Part shown: positions 35,520-45,259 of the stretch, one piece after another
Position numbering within the stretch: position 1 is the first letter of the stretch
How the letters are laid out: every line of letters begins with the position of its first letter
DNA from: Verrucomicrobiia bacterium
Lineage (GTDB): Bacteria; Verrucomicrobiota; Verrucomicrobiia; JABWAM01
Length of the DNA stretch: 64,000 bases
NCBI GenBank assembly: GCA_020849895.1
Contig: JADZFN010000020.1
Coordinates: 18,314 to 82,313, forward strand
Direction: 5' to 3'
Program-made: the position numbers and the translations under genes
Notes under the pieces: model-generated
Database searches by the model: none
Told to the model about the DNA's origin: nothing
The model's input: only the letters and a program-made list of their open reading frames with translations

Positions 35520-37967
35520 TTACTTCGATCCGCTCGCGATGCGCATTCCGTAGAAGGAGCGCAACACGAACGCGAGGCCGATCACGAGAAAGACCACCGC
35601 GATCTTGTGCTTGTAGGGCGCGAAGCTGTGCGAGATCGCGATCTCCGCAGCGAGGATGCCGAAGAGGGTCGTGAATTTAATGATCGGATTGAGCGCCACC
35701 GAGGAGGTGTCCTTGAAGGGGTCGCCCACGAGGTCGCCTACGACCGTCGAGTCGTGGAGGGGGGTGCCCTTCTGCTTGAGCTCGACCTCGACCACCTTCT
35801 TCGCGTTGTCCCAGCAACCTCCGGCGTTGGCCATATAAATGGCGGCGAAGAGGCCGAAGAGCGCGATCGAGATGAGGTAGGCGGCGAACATCTGCGGATT
35901 GACGAACGCGAAGGCGAGCGCCAGCGCGAAGACCACGACGAAGATGTTGATCATCCCCGCCTGGGCGTATTTCGTGCAGATGCGCACGACCTCGTTGCTG
36001 TCCTTCTGCGAGGCCTTGGTCGTGCCGTCGAGCTTGATGTTCTTCTTGATGTAATCCACGGCGCGATAGGCGCCGGTGGTCACCGCCTGCATCGAGGCGC
36101 CGCAGAACCAGTAGACCACCGCGCCGCCGGCGAGCAGGCCCAGAACGACCCAGGGGTCCACGATGCTGAGGGGTTCGAGGCTCGCCCAGCCGAGCTCCTT
36201 TTTCAGGAGAAGGACGAGCGAGAAGATCATCGTGGTGGCGCCGACGACGGCGGTCCCGATGAGCATCGGTTTGGCGGTGGCCTTGAAGGTGTTGCCGCAA
36301 CCATCGTTCTCCTCGAGGTATTCCTTGCCCTTCGCGAAGTCGGGCTTGAAGCCGAACTGCTTTTCGATCTCGGCGGAGGCGTTCGGGAGCGCCTCGATGG
36401 TCGAAAGCTCGAACACCGATTGGGCGTTGTCCGTCACGGGGCCGTAGCTGTCCACGGCGATGGTCACGGGTCCCATCCCGAGCATGCCGAAGGCGACGAG
36501 GCCGAAGGCGAACACGGCGGGGTAGATCATCAGGTCGGCGGAGATGCCGCGGCTGGCGAGGTAGGCGATGAGCATCAGACCGAGGATGGTCAGCCCCTTC
36601 CAGAAGGCGGAGAAGTTGCCCGCCACGATCCCGGAAAGGATGGTGAGGCCGGTCCCGCCTTCCTTGGTGGCGTTCACGACCTCCTTGCAGTGGGCGCTGT
36701 GCATGCTCGTGAAGATGCGGGTGAGCTCGGGGATCACGGCGCCCGCGATCGTACCGCAGGAGATGATCACCGAGAGCTTCCACCAAAGGTCGCCGAAGTC
36801 GGCCTTCAGCATGCTGTGGCTGAGCACGAACGTGGCGGCGATGCAGAGCAGCGAGGTCACCCACACGAGCGAGGTGAGCGGATGCTCGAAGTTGAACTTC
36901 TTGCCGGACTTCGCGCCCGCCATTGAGGGGACGAGGAAGCTGTTGATCTTCCAGCTGAGGATCGAGATGACGACCATCGCGATGCGCATCGTGAAGATCC
37001 AGACGATGAGCTTCCAGGCATTCTCGGCGCTGATCGGCGCCACGGCGAGAAGGATGAAGCTGATGAGCGCCACACCCGTGACGCCGTAGGTCTCGAAGCC
37101 GTCGGCGGTCGGCCCGACGGAGTCGCCCGCGTTGTCTCCCGCGCAGTCGGCGATGACACCGGGATTTCGAGCGTCGTCCTCCTTGATCTTGAAGACGATC
37201 TTCATCATGTCGCTGCCGACGTCGGCGATCTTGGTGAAGATGCCGCCGCAGACGCGGAGGACGGCGGCGCCGAGCGATTCGCCGATGGCGAAGCCGATGA
37301 AGCAGAAGCCGGCGAGCGCGGGTGGGACATACATCAGCACGATCGTCATCATGATGAGCTCGATGCTCACGAGGCAGACGCCGATGCTCATGCCCGAGCG
37401 GGTCGGAATCTCGTGGAGCGGCATCGGGTCGCCGCGGAGGGCGGCGAAGGCCATGCGGCTGTTGGCGATGTTGTTGATGCGGATCCCGAACCAGGCGACG
37501 GAGAAGGAGCCGGCCATGCCGACGAACGCCCAGAAGAGGATCAGGGCGACCTCTTTGCCGGTGCAGGCGGGTTGGGAGAGCTTTCCGAAGTAGAAGGCCA
37601 TCACAATGCCGATGAGCACGAGCAGGGCGATCAAAAGTTTGGCCTGCTGCATCAGGTAGGTGCGGCAGGTGCCGTAGATCATCTCGGAGACGTCGAGCAT
37701 GCTCTTGTGCGCGGGCAGGCCTTTGAGGTGGCGGTATTGGAATGCGCCGAAGATGAGGCCGAGGGCGCAGATGACCAAACCGATCTCGAGAATCCGGTGG
37801 CCGCTCATCAAGGAACCGAAGATGTCGAACGAGATCGGCTGGCGCACCTCCAGCGCCGGCAGAGCGAGACTCGCCTCACTGGCGAACGTGGGCAGCGCGG
37901 TGAACGCCAACAGCGCGAGAACGCCGAGGGCGCGAAGGGAGGTGAATCGGGTGCGGAGGTTGCTCAT
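35520..37967 (-). CDS. hppA: Membrane-bound proton/sodium-translocating pyrophosphatase
   Basis: ...GGIFTKIADVGSD..., ...DCAGDNAGDSVGP..., about 16 TM helices, 815 aa with an N-terminal signal-like extension. Confidence 0.9.
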   Translation of the reverse strand: MSNLRTRFTSLRALGVLALLAFTALPTFASEASLALPALEVRQPISFDIFGSLMSGHRILEIGLVICALGLIFGAFQYRHLKGLPAHKSMLDVSEMIYGTCRTYLMQQAKLLIALLVLIGIVMAFYFGKLSQPACTGKEVALILFWAFVGMAGSFSVAWFGIRINNIANSRMAFAALRGDPMPLHEIPTRSGMSIGVCLVSIELIMMTIVLMYVPPALAGFCFIGFAIGESLGAAVLRVCGGIFTKIADVGSDMMKIVFKIKEDDARNPGVIADCAGDNAGDSVGPTADGFETYGVTGVALISFILLAVAPISAENAWKLIVWIFTMRIAMVVISILSWKINSFLVPSMAGAKSGKKFNFEHPLTSLVWVTSLLCIAATFVLSHSMLKADFGDLWWKLSVIISCGTIAGAVIPELTRIFTSMHSAHCKEVVNATKEGGTGLTILSGIVAGNFSAFWKGLTILGLMLIAYLASRGISADLMIYPAVFAFGLVAFGMLGMGPVTIAVDSYGPVTDNAQSVFELSTIEALPNASAEIEKQFGFKPDFAKGKEYLEENDGCGNTFKATAKPMLIGTAVVGATTMIFSLVLLLKKELGWASLEPLSIVDPWVVLGLLAGGAVVYWFCGASMQAVTTGAYRAVDYIKKNIKLDGTTKASQKDSNEVVRICTKYAQAGMINIFVVVFALALAFAFVNPQMFAAYLISIALFGLFAAIYMANAGGCWDNAKKVVEVELKQKGTPLHDSTVVGDLVGDPFKDTSSVALNPIIKFTTLFGILAAEIAISHSFAPYKHKIAVVFLVIGLAFVLRSFYGMRIASGSK

Positions 37968-38082
37968 GGGATGGTTGGGTGCGGGTTGGAGAGGAAAAAG
38001 GAGCGCGAAGTCTGTCCGGAGCCCGTCGGGTTGTCAAACCCTTCGTGGGCATCGGCGCGGAGGCGGACGGGAACCGCCGGCT

Positions 38083-38778
38083 TCAGGCGCTTCCGATCAC
38101 CCCCATCTGCTTGAGGCTGACGAAGCCGGTGGGGTTCATCGGGGTCGGTGCGCCGAGGATCACGTGATCGAGGAGCGGGATGCCGACGACGCGGCCCGCT
38201 TCCACCATCTCGCGCGTGGCGCGGATGTCGTCGGCGCTGGGTTTCGGGTCGCCGCTCGGGTGGTTGTGAACGAGCACGAGGTGGGCCGCTCCGCATGCGA
38301 TCGCCGGCTTGAAGACCTCGCGGGCGTGGATGAGCGTCTGGTTCGCCAGCCCTTTGGTGACCGCGTAATGGCGGATCGCCCGGAGCTGCGCGTCGAGAGC
38401 CACCCCGTAGAGCGCCTCCACCGGCAGGTCGCGCATGAGGGGATGCATATATTCCACGATGCTCTCCGGACGATCGAGCAGCGCGCGCTCCCGCTGCGCC
38501 TCCAGGATCCGCTCATGCAGCTTGAAGGCCGCAAACAAAGCCGTTGCCTTGGCTTTCTTGATGCCCTTCGTCCGCATGATCTCCTCGAGCTCGCAGCGCG
38601 CGAGCTGGGCGAGGCCGCCCTTTTCGTCGAGAAGCCGCCGGGCCAGTTCCATGACGGTTTCCCCTTTTCGGCCGATACGGAATAGGATGGCGATGAGGTC
38701 GGCGTTGCTGCAGGCGTCTGCGCCCCGCGCGATCAGTTTCTCGCGAGGGAGTTCGTCGGCTGGCGTCTCCCGGAGCAT
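38083..38778 (-). CDS. radC: RadC-family protein (JAB/MPN domain). Start reassigned to the ATG at 38778 (MLRETPADELPRE...).
   Basis: ...HLVLVHNHPSGDPKPSADD... (JAMM-like HNHPSG motif), N-terminal HhH region. The first 178 codons of the tracked ORF are Arg/Pro-rich low-complexity. Confidence 0.8.
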   Translation of the reverse strand: MLRETPADELPREKLIARGADACSNADLIAILFRIGRKGETVMELARRLLDEKGGLAQLARCELEEIMRTKGIKKAKATALFAAFKLHERILEAQRERALLDRPESIVEYMHPLMRDLPVEALYGVALDAQLRAIRHYAVTKGLANQTLIHAREVFKPAIACGAAHLVLVHNHPSGDPKPSADDIRATREMVEAGRVVGIPLLDHVILGAPTPMNPTGFVSLKQMGVIGSA

Positions 38779-38807
38779 CCGACCCCATCTCCGGTCGCCG
38801 GGCGCGT

Positions 38808-39455
38808 TCACGGCTGGCGGGATGGCGGCGTCGCCCCGGACGCGAGGCGGTCGGATTGAGGCGTTCTCTCCCGCTCGAATGCGGCGTCCATCGCTTTCCA
38901 GAGCCGTTCCCAGGCAAAGTTTTTTCCGGGGCAGTCGCTGTCCTCTCCGAAATACTGGCCGTGTCCGTGGATATGGTCGTCGGGGATGTTGAACTCCCGC
39001 TGAAGCCGCAGCGCGAGCTGCGCGAGGGCGCGCCACTGCGCGTCCGTGGGTGAGGTGCGATTGAAGTTCCCCACGAGGCAGATGCCGATGCCGACCTCGT
39101 TGAGCTCCGGCTGATGCGTGTGGCCGCCCTGGAGTTGATACCGCCAGCGCCGTCCTTCGGCGACTTCGCCGTCGCGGAGTCCCGCGCTCCCGTTGCCGAT
39201 GAGGAAATGATACGCCAATCCGTTCTCCATGCCTCGGCGCAGGTGTTCCGCCTGGAGCATCGCCACATTGCCCACCGAAGAGCCGCTGTGGTGAATGACG
39301 AGGTAGCGCCATTCGCGAAACCCTTTCGGCTCAGGAACCGGAACCGGAGCGGAGTAGAAAGGCGCCGACGGCCGAGCCGGCGCCACTCCGGCGAACGCGC
39401 TTTCGCCGATCCACGCGGCAAACGCGAGACTTGTCAGGGCGGTCAGGAAGTTCAC
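38808..39455 (-). CDS. N-acetylmuramoyl-L-alanine amidase domain protein (Amidase_2/PGRP fold). Start tentatively GTG 39455, preceded by GGAGAAG.
   Basis: ...WRYLVIHHSGSS...AYHFLIGNG...GHTHQPELNEVGIGICLVGNF... The N-terminal VNFLTALTSLAFAAWIGESAFA is a signal peptide. Confidence 0.65.
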   Translation of the reverse strand: MNFLTALTSLAFAAWIGESAFAGVAPARPSAPFYSAPVPVPEPKGFREWRYLVIHHSGSSVGNVAMLQAEHLRRGMENGLAYHFLIGNGSAGLRDGEVAEGRRWRYQLQGGHTHQPELNEVGIGICLVGNFNRTSPTDAQWRALAQLALRLQREFNIPDDHIHGHGQYFGEDSDCPGKNFAWERLWKAMDAAFERERTPQSDRLASGATPPSRQP

Positions 39456-39604
39456 GGGGGCGTTCTTCTCCGGGAATTGACGAAAAACGAAGGGGGAGGG
39501 AATTCCGAAAGTTCGGATGGGTGCGCTTGCCTTCGAACCGTCTGATTCTCGCCTCCTCGCGCGTCCGAGACAAGACGGAATTCTGAACCCTCGTGCCACG
39601 CCGG

Positions 39605-40510
39605 TCACGCCAACTTCTTGAGGATCCGCTCGGCGATTCGAGCGGCCGGCTCGTCCTGCGCGCAGGGGATCCACACCAGGCCCTTCTCTTTTCGGAGCCA
39701 CGTCATCTGCCGCCGCGCATACTGCCAGGTCCGCCGTTGGACGGTCGTCACGAGATCCTTTTCGGGAAGGTTGCCCGAAAGAAAACGCAGGATCTCGGCG
39801 TAGCCGATGGCCTTCGAAGCCGTCGGGCTCGCGGCAAACCCCCGTGCGGCGAGCCGCCGCACTTCGTCCACCCACCCTTGGGCGAACATCCGCGCGACGC
39901 GCGCCTCGCATCTCCGCCGCAGGTCTTCCCGATCGCGGGCGAGGGCGAACATCGGCACCGTTGCCGGAGCGTCCCACTGGGTTTGCGCCTCCGAGATCGG
40001 CCGCCCCGTCAATTCGAAGACTTCGAGCGCACGCACCATGCGGCGCCGCGGGCGTTCCGCCATCTTCGCTGCCGTTTCGGGATCGGCGTTCCTCAGACGC
40101 GCCCACAACTCCTCCGAAGGGAGCGCCTCCAATCGGGCGCGGATCGCGTCGTCGCGTCCCGGCCCCTCGAACAGCCCGCGCGTGAGGGCGCGCAGGTAGA
40201 GACCCGTCCCGCCCACCACGAGGGGCGTGTGACCGCGCGCGGCAATTTCGCGGATCGCCTCGGAGGCGGCCTTCACAAACCACGCGACGTCGCCGCGCTC
40301 GCCGAAGTCGAGCGAGTCAATCAGATGGTGCGGCACGCCGCGGCGTTCCCCACGCGCGAGTTTGGCCGTGCCGAGATCCATCCTCCGGTAGATCTGCATC
40401 GAATCGGCGGAAACGATCTCTCCGCCGAGGCGAAGGGCCATCTCGAGGCCCACTTCGCTCTTGCCGACGGCCGTCGGCCCGGCGAGGCAGATCATGCGCG
40501 CGCTTGGCAC
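39605..40510 (-). CDS. miaA: tRNA dimethylallyltransferase
   Basis: ...ICLAGPTAVGKSEVGLEMA...IVSADSMQIYRRMDLGTAK... 301 aa. Confidence 0.9.
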   Translation of the reverse strand: MPSARMICLAGPTAVGKSEVGLEMALRLGGEIVSADSMQIYRRMDLGTAKLARGERRGVPHHLIDSLDFGERGDVAWFVKAASEAIREIAARGHTPLVVGGTGLYLRALTRGLFEGPGRDDAIRARLEALPSEELWARLRNADPETAAKMAERPRRRMVRALEVFELTGRPISEAQTQWDAPATVPMFALARDREDLRRRCEARVARMFAQGWVDEVRRLAARGFAASPTASKAIGYAEILRFLSGNLPEKDLVTTVQRRTWQYARRQMTWLRKEKGLVWIPCAQDEPAARIAERILKKLA

Positions 40511-40623
40511 AGCGGCGATCCTCGCCTTTCATCCTCCGGTTCGCGATTCCGAAGTTCACAGCAAGGCGCGCATTGACAGGGCGCCCCTTTCGGGGCGAGG
40601 CTGCCGCCTGGAGGAGGAGGCGG

Positions 40624-41685
40624 ATGCGCGACGCGGGAATCCCCTTGGCGGAAGCGCTCGACCGTCGCACGGTCGAGGCGGTCCTCGCGCGTCCCGAGAA
40701 GGAAAAGGTGCGCTGTTTCGCCTGCGGGCATCGCTGCCTCATCGCCAAGGGACGCCGCGGGATCTGCAAGGTCCGCTCCAATCGAGACGGAAAGCTCCGC
40801 GTGCCGTTCGGTTACGTCGCGGGGTTGCAGGCCGATCCTGTCGAGAAGAAACCGTTCTTCCATGTCCTTCCGGGGAGCATCGCGCTGACGTTCGGGATGC
40901 TCGGCTGCGACTACCGCTGCGTCTACTGCCAGAACTGGATGACCAGCCAGGCGTTGCGCGATCCGGCGGCGACGGCGTCCTTTCGCGAGATCGAGGCGGA
41001 CGAGATCGCGGCGCTCGCGAAACGCCGCGGCGCGCGCCTCGTCGTGTCGAGCTACAACGAGCCGCTGATCACCGCCGAATGGGGCGCGGCGGTCTTCGAT
41101 GCCGCGCGGCGCGAGGGGCTGCCTGGCGCGATCGTATCCAACGGCAACGGCACGCCGGAGGCGCTCGATTTCCTCGGGCCGCGGCTCGTCGCATGCAAGA
41201 TTGATCTCAAGGGTTTTCATTCCGCCCGCTATCGCGAGCTGGGAGGAAACCTCGACCGCGTCATGGAAACCATCCGCGAGGTCCACGTCCGGGGGATCTG
41301 GCTCGAACTGGTGACGCTTCTCGTGCCGGGGTTCAACGACGATCCGTCGGAGTTGCGCGATCTCGCCGGCTTCATCGCCTCCGTGAGCCGGGACATTCCG
41401 TGGCACGTGACCGCCTTCCACCGCGATTATCGGCTGACCGACGGGCGCGACACGGTCCCGGAGGATCTTCTGCGGGCGGCCGCGATCGGATCGGCGGCGG
41501 GATTGCGCTTTGTTTACGCGGGGAACCAACCCGGCCGCGTGGACGACCTCGAGGACACCCGCTGTCCATCCTGCCAGAAGATCCTCATCCGCCGGCGCGG
41601 CTATTCCGTGTCGGCGGAGGGAATGAAGGAGGACGGGTGTTGCGCCGGCTGTGGACGGGAGATTCCGGGGAGATGGCGCGCGTGA
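40624..41685 (+). CDS. Radical SAM protein of the AmmeMemoRadiSam-system/PFL-activase-like type (N-terminal Cys-rich motif plus CX3CX2C). Start reassigned to ATG 40624 after the GGAGGAGG SD.
   Basis: ...KVRCFACGHRCLIAKGRRGICKVRSNRDGKL... followed by ...GCDYRCVYCQNW... No AMMECR1 or Memo partner genes are visible in the window. Confidence 0.65.
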   Translation: MRDAGIPLAEALDRRTVEAVLARPEKEKVRCFACGHRCLIAKGRRGICKVRSNRDGKLRVPFGYVAGLQADPVEKKPFFHVLPGSIALTFGMLGCDYRCVYCQNWMTSQALRDPAATASFREIEADEIAALAKRRGARLVVSSYNEPLITAEWGAAVFDAARREGLPGAIVSNGNGTPEALDFLGPRLVACKIDLKGFHSARYRELGGNLDRVMETIREVHVRGIWLELVTLLVPGFNDDPSELRDLAGFIASVSRDIPWHVTAFHRDYRLTDGRDTVPEDLLRAAAIGSAAGLRFVYAGNQPGRVDDLEDTRCPSCQKILIRRRGYSVSAEGMKEDGCCAGCGREIPGRWRA

Positions 41686-41712
41686 GAGGCGCGCCGCGCC
41701 TTTTCAGATCCG

Positions 41713-42807
41713 TCAAAAACGCTTGGGCGTGCACGCTTCCGCAGCGAGGTCTTGCGCGTCGCGGACGAGGGTGGCGACGTCGTCGCTCGTGGTATCCCAC
41801 GAGCACATGAAGCGCGCCCCGCCGCCTGCGATGAACTCGTAGAAGCGCCAGCCGCGGGCGCGGAGGCCCTTGCCCACCTTCGAGGGGAGCTCGGAGAAGA
41901 CCGAGTTGGCCTGGCGCGGATAAAGGATGCGGACGCCAGGCACCTTGCGCAGCCCGTCCTCGAGCTCGGCGGCGCGAGCGTTCGCCTCGCCCGCATGGCG
42001 GAGCCAGGCGTCCCCCTCGAGGAGTCCGATCCACGGCGCAGCGATGAACCGCATCTTCGAAGCGAGCTGACCCGCCTGCTTGCAGCGGTAGTCGAATTCG
42101 CGGGCGAGCTCCTTGTCGAAGAAGATGATGGCCTCGCCGACCGGCATGCCGTTCTTCGTTCCGCCGAGGCAAAGGACGTCCACGCCCGCCTTCCAGCTCA
42201 TCTCGGCGGGGGAAACGCCGGTGGAGGCGAGCGCGTTGGCAAATCGCGCGCCGTCCATGTGGAGGCGCAGGCCGAGCTCGCGGGCAACGGCGCCGGCCGC
42301 GGTCACCTCGCCGCGGGTGTAGACGGTGCCGAGCTCGGTCGCCTGGCTCACGGAGAGGACGCGCGGCTTCGGATAGTGGATGTCGGTGCGCTTCTTCACG
42401 GTGTGGCGCACCGCCTCGAGGTCCACCTTGCCGTCGTTGCCGGGGACGAGGAGGATCTTGGTGCCGCTGGAATAGAACTCGGGGGCGCCGCACTCGTCGG
42501 TTTCCGCATGGCTGCGCTCGTGGCAGATCACACTGTGGTAGGAACGACAGAGCGAGGCGAGGGCGAGGGAGTTGGCGGCGGTGCCGTTGAAGACAAAGAA
42601 AATTTCCGCGTCGTGCTCGAACACCTCGCGCAGGAGGCTCGAGGCGCGCGCGGTCCATGCGTCCTCGCCGTAGGCGGGCGCGTGCCCGCAGTTGGCGTCG
42701 GCGAGCGCTTTCCACGCCTCGGGGCAGATGCCGGACCAGTTGTCGCTGGCGAACTGACGGCGGGGCGCGGGCGCGGGGCGAGAGTCGGGTTTCCTTGAGG
42801 AGGACAT
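41713..42807 (-). CDS. ltaE: Low-specificity L-threonine aldolase
   Basis: ...FASDNWSGICPEA... and ...LCLGGTKNGMPVGEAI... (PLP-Lys region). 364 aa. Confidence 0.85.
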   Translation of the reverse strand: MSSSRKPDSRPAPAPRRQFASDNWSGICPEAWKALADANCGHAPAYGEDAWTARASSLLREVFEHDAEIFFVFNGTAANSLALASLCRSYHSVICHERSHAETDECGAPEFYSSGTKILLVPGNDGKVDLEAVRHTVKKRTDIHYPKPRVLSVSQATELGTVYTRGEVTAAGAVARELGLRLHMDGARFANALASTGVSPAEMSWKAGVDVLCLGGTKNGMPVGEAIIFFDKELAREFDYRCKQAGQLASKMRFIAAPWIGLLEGDAWLRHAGEANARAAELEDGLRKVPGVRILYPRQANSVFSELPSKVGKGLRARGWRFYEFIAGGGARFMCSWDTTSDDVATLVRDAQDLAAEACTPKRF

Positions 42808-42815
42808 GGCGAGGA

Positions 42816-44666
42816 TCAGGCAGGCGCCGGAGGAGATTCTCCGGCCGGGGCGTTCGCTTGGAAACCGTTATGCGCGAGCGTGAGGAGGACGTCCTTCTTA
42901 GAGACCACACCGAGAAGCTTTCGGCTTTTCGGATCGAGGACGGGAATGCGTTCCCCCACGTGCGTGGTAAAAACCCGCATCGCGAGTTTCATGGAGGTGT
43001 CGGGAGTCAGGGTCGGAAAACGCGGCCGGATGAGGTCAATCGCAATGATGCATCGCGCGCGCTCGAGGTCCGGATCGTTGAGGACCGACTTGATATCGTG
43101 CAAACCGATCACGCCGCGAAACACGTTCTCGCGGTTGACTACGTAGAGGAAGTTGTACTGGTATTTGGCGAACATCCGGGCCACCTCGATGAACGGAGCG
43201 GTTTCGAGGACGACGGGCGAGCCGGGCTTCATCAACGCCGAGACCTTGATCGCCTCCAGCGAGACGGTCCCGGTCTCCTTCCTTTTTCGGTCCAAGGAAT
43301 CGGAATAGATCGAGCGCGCCTGGAGCCCGCAGGAAACGTAGTACGCCGTGACGCACGCGAGCATGAGAGGCAGGACGATCGCGTAATCAAGCGTCATCTC
43401 AAAAAGGATGAGGATCGAAGTCAGCGGCGCGTGGGTGGTGGCGGCGAGGAAACAGCCCATCCCGACGAGGGCGTAGGCGGGCGCGGACGCCGTCCATTCC
43501 GGCTGCCAGGCGTGCAGCGGGATGCCGTAGAGAGCGCCCAGCGCGGCGCCGCAGAAGAGCGTCGGGGTAAACACGCCGCCGACCGCGCCCGAGCCCACGG
43601 TGGCGCCCGTCGCCAGCAGCTTGTAGAGCAGCATCAGCGCCAAGGCGTGCCAGACCCAGGCCGAATGGAGAATCGAGGTCACCACGCTGTAGCCGTTGCC
43701 GCACACCTGAGGGGCGTGGATCGAGAGGGCGCCGACGACAAGCCCGCCGAGGGCAAGGCGGGCGTAGAGGGCCGCGTTGATCTTGGAAAATTCGTCCTCG
43801 CTCTTCTGGAGGAAACGCAGGAAGACCGGAGCGACGCTCCCCGCGAGAAGCCCGAGCCCGAGATAGGGGATCAGTTCCCATTTGGAAACCATCTCGAACG
43901 GCGGGATTTCATAGATGGGTTTGTCTCCGAGAATTTCGCGGGTCGTGATCGTGGCGAGGACCGACGAGACCACGAGCGGGCCGAAGCTTTCCATCGAGAT
44001 GGAGCCCAGGACGATCTCCGCCACAAACAGCGCACCGGCGATCGGGGCGTTGTAGGCGGAAGCAATCCCGGCGGCAGCACCGCAAGCGACCATCAACTGG
44101 CGACGCGGCGTCGTGAAGCGCGCCATGCGCCCCACGAGAGAAGCCACCATGGCCGAGAGCTGCACCATCGGGCCTTCCCGTCCGATCGAACCTCCGGAGG
44201 CGATGCTGAAGAGCGAGGAAAGGCACTTGACGAGCGTCGAGCGGACCCGAATCACACCGTCGCCCAGCACGACCGCTTCCATGTAATCCGTGGAACGCTG
44301 ACCGCGCAGCAGGCGCATCCCGAAGTAAAGGGTCGCGCCCGCCAGCAGGCCGCCGAGAGTCGGCACCAGCACCCGGTGTGCGAGAGGCAGCTCGGAGATC
44401 ACCTGGACCACGCCGCCTGAGCGGCCGGTGAGCAAGTGCTGAAAGACGCGGATCCCTTCCCGGAATAACACGGAAGAGAATCCGCCCGCCAAGCCGATGA
44501 CTCCGGCCCAGCACAAGGTCGCCTTCGTCTCCTCGAGACGGAGCCGGTCCAACAACCAGAGCCGCAGCCTGAGCAGCTGAAACAGGATAGGACGGGTCAC
44601 GCGCGGCAACCGGTGCTTCGCTCGCGGGCGGGCGATGCCTCCGGTTCTCCAATCTCGCGTAAGCAC
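42816..44666 (-). CDS. ClC-family voltage-gated chloride channel / H+-Cl- antiporter with tandem C-terminal CBS domains
   Basis: GREGP selectivity motif (SGGSIGREGPMVQLSA), GxFxP (GVFTPTLF), C-terminal CBS pair. 616 aa. Confidence 0.9.
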   Translation of the reverse strand: MLTRDWRTGGIARPRAKHRLPRVTRPILFQLLRLRLWLLDRLRLEETKATLCWAGVIGLAGGFSSVLFREGIRVFQHLLTGRSGGVVQVISELPLAHRVLVPTLGGLLAGATLYFGMRLLRGQRSTDYMEAVVLGDGVIRVRSTLVKCLSSLFSIASGGSIGREGPMVQLSAMVASLVGRMARFTTPRRQLMVACGAAAGIASAYNAPIAGALFVAEIVLGSISMESFGPLVVSSVLATITTREILGDKPIYEIPPFEMVSKWELIPYLGLGLLAGSVAPVFLRFLQKSEDEFSKINAALYARLALGGLVVGALSIHAPQVCGNGYSVVTSILHSAWVWHALALMLLYKLLATGATVGSGAVGGVFTPTLFCGAALGALYGIPLHAWQPEWTASAPAYALVGMGCFLAATTHAPLTSILILFEMTLDYAIVLPLMLACVTAYYVSCGLQARSIYSDSLDRKRKETGTVSLEAIKVSALMKPGSPVVLETAPFIEVARMFAKYQYNFLYVVNRENVFRGVIGLHDIKSVLNDPDLERARCIIAIDLIRPRFPTLTPDTSMKLAMRVFTTHVGERIPVLDPKSRKLLGVVSKKDVLLTLAHNGFQANAPAGESPPAPA

Positions 44667-44746
44667 TCTCTCCTGGGCTTCACGTTTTCGTCAAGGAACA
44701 TCATCTTGAGCCGCTGAAAATATTTTCTGAATTTTTTAAAAAAGAG

Positions 44747-44790
44747 TTGACGACTTTTAGTCAGTTTGGTTTATTTTGGGTCGCTTTGGA
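44747..44790 (+). promoter_or_regulatory. Candidate dcw promoter (TTGACG-17 nt-TTTATT) overlapping three direct TTTGG repeats at exact 10-bp phase (44765, 44775, 44785). Putative MraZ operator.
   Basis: Read directly: agTTGACGacttttagtcagTTTGGtttatTTTGGgtcgcTTTGGaataaaaagggg. Located 30-70 bp upstream of the mraZ ATG, in an AT-rich island. Confidence 0.4.
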
Positions 44791-44818
44791 ATAAAAAGGG
44801 GAATCTATTCTGCCGTTT

Positions 44819-45259
44819 ATGGAATCTGCGCCTCGATATTTTACCGGTGAATTCGAGCACGCGCTCGACCACGCCCATCGCGTCGTCATTCCCGCCAAGT
44901 GGCGCACGGGAGAGAGCGAGGAGCTTTTTCTGATCGCGACCGAAGGGCGCGTCACCGCGCTCACGCGTGCCGAATTCGGGCGGCTCTTGCAGGACATCGA
45001 GCGCGATTCCGCGCTCGATCGAAAAGAAAAAGTCGAACGCGGCATCCATCTCGGGGCGCAGTTCCAGCAGGTGACCTGCGACAAACAGGGGCGCATCACC
45101 CTGCCGGAGCAGACGGTGCGCAAATCGGGCGTCAAGGGCGACGTAGTGGTGGTGGGTTCGGGAAGCCTTTTCACGATCTGGGCGCCCGTCGTATGGCGCG
45201 CGTTCTCCGCGCGGCGGGATGCGGAAACGCGAGGCACGGCGCGCGACCTCGGCTTCTAG
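44819..45259 (+). CDS. mraZ: Division/cell-wall cluster transcriptional regulator MraZ
   Basis: Two tandem MraZ/SpoVT-AbrB half-domains (…HRVVIPAKWR… and …GRITLPEQTVR…). 146 aa. First gene of the dcw cluster. Confidence 0.9.
   Translation: MESAPRYFTGEFEHALDHAHRVVIPAKWRTGESEELFLIATEGRVTALTRAEFGRLLQDIERDSALDRKEKVERGIHLGAQFQQVTCDKQGRITLPEQTVRKSGVKGDVVVVGSGSLFTIWAPVVWRAFSARRDAETRGTARDLGF

Noticed and set aside
35607-36926. 439-aa plus-strand and 395-aa minus-strand alternate frames inside hppA
   Set aside because: The hppA frame has the H+-PPase signature motifs. The alternates are Gly/Arg/Asp/Glu low-complexity.
44667-44746. Fluoride riboswitch upstream of the ClC gene
   Set aside because: This ClC is a 616-aa CBS-domain ClC (not the short CLC-F type), and no crcB-motif consensus was seen. 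The region is instead the dcw promoter.
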